A stretch of 54,122 nucleotides of DNA, taken from positions 1 to 54,122 of the IMG/VR virus record IMGVR_UViG_3300025674_000055, one strand, 5' to 3'. This DNA is from a virus (taxonomy: Duplodnaviria; Caudoviricetes). How positions within the stretch are numbered: position 1 is the stretch's first letter; every line of letters starts with the position of its first letter. The position numbers and the translations under genes are program-made. The notes beneath the pieces are model-generated. The model was not told the DNA's origin. It saw nothing but the letters and a program-made list of their open reading frames with translations, and ran no database searches. Shown piece after piece: positions 53,672-54,122 of this stretch.

Positions 53672-54122
53672 ATGGGCACAGGTTACACTCGTAACGATAC
53701 CGTCAACAACATTGCAGATGGTAACGTAATCAATGCTTCCGATCTGGACGGCGAGTTTGACGCAGTTCAGTCAGCATTTGATGCAGCTACTGGACACACA
53801 CATGATGGCACAACTGGTGAGGGCGCACCTATTGAGGTTACTGGCCCTGCACAGGAATATGTGTCAACTGCGACAGAGCTTCGTCCTAAGACGAATAACA
53901 CCTATGACCTTGGCAGTGTATCTCTGCAATGGAAAGACTTGTATGTAGACGGTACAGCCAATCTGGATACTGTAGACATTGACGCTGGTAATATTGATGG
54001 TACGACCATTGGTGGCACTACACCTGCTGCTGGCACATTCACCACTGTGAATGCTACCACAGTAGACACGACCAATATCGAAGTGACAAACATCAAAGCC
54101 AAGGATGGCACTGCTGCAGGTT
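53672..54122 (+). CDS. Tail fiber, N-terminal part (runs off window end, continues at nt 1)
   Basis: MGTGYTRND..NIADG.VI.A...EF, GHTHDG; open to the end of the window. Confidence 0.9.
   Translation, partial: MGTGYTRNDTVNNIADGNVINASDLDGEFDAVQSAFDAATGHTHDGTTGEGAPIEVTGPAQEYVSTATELRPKTNNTYDLGSVSLQWKDLYVDGTANLDTVDIDAGNIDGTTIGGTTPAAGTFTTVNATTVDTTNIEVTNIKAKDGTAAG

Overview
The window is a near-complete (circularly permuted) ~54 kb genome of a marine podophage of the HMO-2011 type, probably infecting an alphaproteobacterium (Roseobacter/SAR116-like; host is inferred). The family A DNA polymerase carries a DnaJ-like CxxCxGxG zinc-finger insert, the hallmark of this group. The minus-strand arm (31736->10134) carries early, replication and metabolic genes: GP88-like Fe-S protein, DenV-like glycosylase, SleB hydrolase, DUF932, tyrosine integrase, primase, helicase, ThyX, Pol, SSB, exo/endonuclease, class II RNR, SpeD-like decarboxylase between two tRNAs, PhoH, RMF-like protein and MazG. 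The plus-strand arm (32887->54122, continuing 1->10091) carries lysis, packaging, capsid, tail and internal virion genes. The arms converge on a hairpin terminator at ~10.1 kb and diverge across a repeat-rich non-coding region at 31.8-32.9 kb. The most notable unexplained structures are: (i) a 22-bp site with a palindromic core, TTAG-GTCCAAYRTTGGAC-TTAG, found six times and only in the early region, four times inside unrelated ORFs in the same frame; (ii) a promoter / ACACTTA-array / hairpin unit in the divergent region that could be a repeat-containing ncRNA or an origin/terminus; (iii) structured leaders before the capsid, scaffold and DUF1127 genes; (iv) a recurring xxGG motif in late proteins. 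All calls come from reading motifs by eye; no database searches were run.
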